A DNA stretch of 64,000 nucleotides, taken from the NCBI GenBank assembly GCA_963763775.1, contig CAVXPZ010000001.1:352001-416000 (forward strand). The letters run 5' to 3'. Below the pieces are notes generated by a model. It was not told the origin of the DNA, did no database searches, and saw only the letters and a program-made list of their open reading frames with translations. Below are positions 60,652-64,000 of this stretch, one piece after another (positions within the stretch are counted from its first letter, which is position 1; every line of letters starts with the position of its first letter). Source of the stretch: an uncultured Chloroflexia bacterium. Lineage in GTDB: Bacteria; Chloroflexota; Limnocylindria; Limnocylindrales; CSP1-4. A program made the position numbers and the translations under genes.

Positions 60652-61202
60652 CCGCCCGCCCGCCCGACGGGCCGCTCACCTGGAACGTGGCCGGTCTCCT
60701 CGCCGATGACGTCGGCGCGACCCGCGACCACGCCGTGGCCGACGTCCGGATCGCCCTGCCCGACGGCCTCATCCTCGCCGATCCCATCGCGGGTCGCGTG
60801 CGACTGACCCGCACCAATCGGGGCGTGCTGGCGAATGCCACGATGACGACGGCGCTCGATGCGGTCTGCAGCCGATGTCTCCGGCCCGTCCGGGTCCCGC
60901 TCGAGCTCGTCATCGACGAGGAGTACCTGCCCTCGCTCGACCTGGCCACCGGGGCGCCCGTCGCCACCGACGACGAGCCGGACGCCCTGCGTCTGACCGA
61001 CCACCACGAGCTCGACCTCGAGCCGCCGGTCCGCGACGCGATCATCATCGCGGAGCCGATCGCCCCGCTCGACCGGCCCGATTGCCCGGGCCTCTGCATC
61101 GTCTGCGGTGAGCCGCTCGACGAGGGCGTCCACGACCATCCCGACGACGACATCGACCCGCGCCTCGAGGCCCTGCGGGGGTTCCAGGCCGACGACGCCT
61201 GA
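60648..61202 (+). CDS. YceD/DUF177 metal-binding protein
   Basis: CSRCL, DCPGLCIVCG, DPRLEAL; upstream of rpmF. Confidence 0.9.
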   Translation: MTARPPDGPLTWNVAGLLADDVGATRDHAVADVRIALPDGLILADPIAGRVRLTRTNRGVLANATMTTALDAVCSRCLRPVRVPLELVIDEEYLPSLDLATGAPVATDDEPDALRLTDHHELDLEPPVRDAIIIAEPIAPLDRPDCPGLCIVCGEPLDEGVHDHPDDDIDPRLEALRGFQADDA

Positions 61203-61312
61203 CGGTCGGCCTCGTTTCGCGGTAGACTCCGCCGTCGGCGCGGCGCCGTGCCCGAGCGGGATCCACCGGCCGCCAGCGACCTCCAACGTTCTGACAAGGA
61301 GCCCACGACCCC

Positions 61313-61513
61313 ATGGGTGTACCCAAGCGTCGCGTCTCGCATGCCCGCCAGGGCGAGCGCCGCGCGCATCAGGCCATCGGCCTGCCGAACCTCGAGGAGT
61401 GCACGCACTGCCACGAGATGAAGCAGCAGCATCACGTCTGCCCGAACTGCGGCTACTACAACGGCCGCCTGGCGATCGACCTCAAGCCAGCCGGCGACGA
61501 CGCCGCCCGCTGA
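61313..61513 (+). CDS. rpmF: 50S ribosomal protein L32
   Basis: MGVPKRRVS, CTHC, HHVCPNCGYYNGR. Confidence 0.95.
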   Translation: MGVPKRRVSHARQGERRAHQAIGLPNLEECTHCHEMKQQHHVCPNCGYYNGRLAIDLKPAGDDAAR

Positions 61514-61517
61514 CCCC

Positions 61518-62633
61518 GTGACGGTGCCTCGGTCCGCCCCGTCCGAGGCCGCGACCGGCAGCGTCCGCGTCGCCATCGACGCGATGGGCGGGGATCACGG
61601 CCCATCCGAGGTCGTGCCCGGCGCCCTCGCGTTCGCCAAGGCCCATCCCGACGACCGGCTGATCCTCGTCGGCGACGAGACCGTGCTGACGGACCTCGCC
61701 GGCACGCTCCCGTCGAACGTCTCCATCGTCCACGCCTCGCAGGTGATCGGCATGGACGAGCATCCGGCCCTGGCCCTCCGTGAGAAGAAGGACGCGTCCA
61801 TCCTGGTCGCCACGGACCTCGTCCGGCGCGGGGACGCGGATGCCGTCGTGACCGCGGGCCACACGGGCGCCGGCATGGCGGCGGCGGTCCTGCGCCTCGG
61901 CCGCCTCCGGGGCGTCGATCGCCCCGCGCTCGCGGTCCAGATGATCACGGACTCCGGGCCGATGGTCCTCCTCGACATCGGCGCCAACCCCGACTCCACC
62001 GCGGAGAACCTCGCCCAGTACGCGCGCATGGGGGCGATCTTCGCCGAGCGCGTGATGGGCGTCCCGAACCCACGGGTCGCCCTCCTCTCCATCGGCGAGG
62101 AGAAGGGGAAGGGCGACGCGCGGATCCAGCGGGCGACCGAGCTCCTGGACGCCTCGGGGCTGCGGTTCGAGGGCAACGTCGAGGGCAAGGACCTCACGAA
62201 GCACATGGCCGATGTCGTGGTCTGCGACGCGGTCCTGGGCAACGTCGTCATCAAGTTCTTCGAAGGCCTCTCGACGTTCATCTTCGACCTGTGGCGCACC
62301 GAGTTCGGCCGCGGCCTCCGCGGCAAGCTGGCGTACGGGCTCATGCGTCCCGGCGTCGACCGGATCCGGACCGTCTTCGACTATGAGAAGGTCGGCGGCT
62401 CCCCCCTGCTGGGCGTCCGAGGGACGGTGATCATCACGCACGGCCGGGCGAAGCGGCGCATGGTGGAATACGCGTGCGAGGTCGGTGCGACGACCGCCCG
62501 GCAGCAGGTGCCCCAGCGGATCGCGGACGCGCTCGCGGAACACGGGGCGGCGATGGACCCGGGAGCCGGCGATGGCGCTGGTCAGGACGGGCCGGATCGG
62601 ACCGACCCGGCCCGCGAGGAGGTGGCGACATGA
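61518..62633 (+). CDS. plsX: Phosphate acyltransferase PlsX
   Basis: AIDAMGGDHGP, AGHTGA, LDIGAN, GEEKGKG, GNVEG, THGR. Confidence 0.95.
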   Translation: MTVPRSAPSEAATGSVRVAIDAMGGDHGPSEVVPGALAFAKAHPDDRLILVGDETVLTDLAGTLPSNVSIVHASQVIGMDEHPALALREKKDASILVATDLVRRGDADAVVTAGHTGAGMAAAVLRLGRLRGVDRPALAVQMITDSGPMVLLDIGANPDSTAENLAQYARMGAIFAERVMGVPNPRVALLSIGEEKGKGDARIQRATELLDASGLRFEGNVEGKDLTKHMADVVVCDAVLGNVVIKFFEGLSTFIFDLWRTEFGRGLRGKLAYGLMRPGVDRIRTVFDYEKVGGSPLLGVRGTVIITHGRAKRRMVEYACEVGATTARQQVPQRIADALAEHGAAMDPGAGDGAGQDGPDRTDPAREEVAT

Positions 62634-62944
62634 GTGGCCATGAGCTGACCGTCGGGACGACCGTGATCGCCGAGCTGGTGCGCCTCGCCGCCCTCGAGGT
62701 CCCGGGCGTGGCCCGAGTCGGGCGAGGCGGCGCGCCATGGCGACGGCTGCTCGGCGGTCCGGCCGTCCGCGTCCGCCTTCGCGACGAGCACGTGATCGTC
62801 CGGCTGTGGGTCGTGGCCCGTCCCGGACAGTCGCTCGGCGACCTCGCGTCGCAGGTGCGCGCGGCCGTGGCGGCCACGGTGGAGCGCCTGCTGGGCCTCG
62901 ACCTCGGCGACGTCACCGTCCTGGTGGACGGTGTCGGGGGCTGA
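62630..62944 (+). CDS. Asp23/Gls24 (YqhY-like) protein
   Basis: VIAELVRLAALEVPGV...VTVLVDGV; precedes nusB. Confidence 0.8.
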   Translation: MSGHELTVGTTVIAELVRLAALEVPGVARVGRGGAPWRRLLGGPAVRVRLRDEHVIVRLWVVARPGQSLGDLASQVRAAVAATVERLLGLDLGDVTVLVDGVGG

Positions 62945-63398
62945 CCGGGTCCGGGGACGCCGGACCGGGCGCCGGCTCGCCCTGTCGTCGGTCTTCGAGG
63001 CCGACTTCGGCCAGCGCACCGCCGAGGCCGTCCTCGAACGTCACCTCGCCGAGGAGGAGCGCGACCCGGCGGCCGCGAGCCTGGCCCGCGAGCTCGTCGA
63101 CGGGGTGGTCCGACACCGTGAGGCGATCGACGCGGAGATCACCCGGCGAGCCCCCCAGTACCCGGTCACGGGGCTCGCCCGGATGGACCGCGCGCTGCTC
63201 CGTACGGCCATATGCGAGGTGCTACACTCCGGCACGCCGGCCCGGGTGGCCATCGCCGAGTGGGTCGAGCTGGCACGCACCTACAGTGGAGAGCCGATGC
63301 GACGCCTCATGAATGGCGTCCTCGGCAACATCGCAGCTGAGCGAGAGCCAGGAACCCCGCCGGCCGTCCGGTCCAAACTCCGAGGAGGGAGTCAGTAG
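62931..63398 (+). CDS. nusB: Transcription antitermination factor NusB
   Basis: [34 protein letters not shown]. Confidence 0.9.
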   Translation: MSGADRVRGRRTGRRLALSSVFEADFGQRTAEAVLERHLAEEERDPAAASLARELVDGVVRHREAIDAEITRRAPQYPVTGLARMDRALLRTAICEVLHSGTPARVAIAEWVELARTYSGEPMRRLMNGVLGNIAAEREPGTPPAVRSKLRGGSQ

Positions 63399-63634
63399 TG
63401 GCAACCACGTACGAGCGCCTCAAGAAGATCGTCGTCGAGCAGCTCGGCGCCGACGAGGATGAGGTCAAGCCGGAGGCGTCGTTCGTCGACGACCTGAATG
63501 CCGACTCGCTCGACCTGGTCGAGCTGATCATGAGTCTCGAGGAAGAGTTCGGGACCGAGATCTCCGACGAGGATGCGGAGAAGATCCGCACCGTCCAGGA
63601 CGCCGTCGACTACATCGACGAGCACTCGGCCTAA
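63398..63634 (+). CDS. acpP: Acyl carrier protein
   Basis: [24 protein letters not shown]. Confidence 0.97.
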   Translation: MATTYERLKKIVVEQLGADEDEVKPEASFVDDLNADSLDLVELIMSLEEEFGTEISDEDAEKIRTVQDAVDYIDEHSA

Positions 63635-63644
63635 GCGCGGCCGG

Positions 63645-64000
63645 ATGGCGGGCGAAGTGCCCCCCGCCAGGGCCTTCGCGGACCGACTCGGCCTCCCTGT
63701 CCGCGATCTCGGGCTGCTCGAGCAGGCGCTCGTCCATGCGAGTTGGCTGCACGAGCACCCGGAAGACGCGCCCGGGCACAACGAACGGCTCGAATTCCTG
63801 GGCGACGCCGTCGTCAACCTGATCATCTCCGAGGCGCTCTATACGCGTCATCCCGGCGACGACGAGGGCGACCTGTCCGCGCGCCGCGCGGCGATCGTCT
63901 CGACGACCGGCCTGGCGCGTCTCGCCGGACGGATCGACCTCGGGCCGATCATGCTCCTTGGGGAGGGCGAGTCGCGACGCAGCGGCCGTCGCCGCCCGAC
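63645..64000 (+). CDS. rnc: Ribonuclease III, runs off the 3' end of the window
   Basis: EQALVHAS, HNERLEFLGDAV, EGDLS. Confidence 0.93.
   Translation, partial: MAGEVPPARAFADRLGLPVRDLGLLEQALVHASWLHEHPEDAPGHNERLEFLGDAVVNLIISEALYTRHPGDDEGDLSARRAAIVSTTGLARLAGRIDLGPIMLLGEGESRRSGRRRP

Overview
High-GC bacterial chromosomal segment made up almost entirely of core housekeeping genes, mostly on the + strand. Gene content and style suggest a monoderm, probably Chloroflexota, possibly Limnocylindria/Ellin6529-like (inference, not checked). In order: an ABC-F gene end and coaE; a nucleotide-excision-repair cluster (uvrB, uvrA, a compact UvrD-like helicase, uvrC) with LexA-type boxes; secD-secF-recJ-TolB-like-pyrF-tatA-tatC-rapZ-yvcK-whiA-tpiA-gpmI-secG-SBP; eight tRNAs around lemA/htpX; rpsF-ssb-rpsR; a three-gene transporter cluster; ilvE; an LCP gene; ileS-lspA-rluA-gmk-priA-def-fmt-rlmN-rpe-dtd; rpmB; and Asp23-DAK2-recG-rsmD-coaD-(hypothetical)-DUF177-rpmF-plsX-Asp23-nusB-acpP-rnc. 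About 18 single-base frameshifts, nearly all +1 and many in essential genes, point to long-read assembly errors, and these create false fusions in the ORF track. I found no CRISPR array, prophage, transposase or defence island, and no clearly new multi-gene system. The best leads are an IleRS2 with a GVHH signature, an Rpe with an extra C-terminal domain of about 110 aa, a probable ATC start codon, many leaderless-type promoters, and a compact helicase head-to-head with uvrC.
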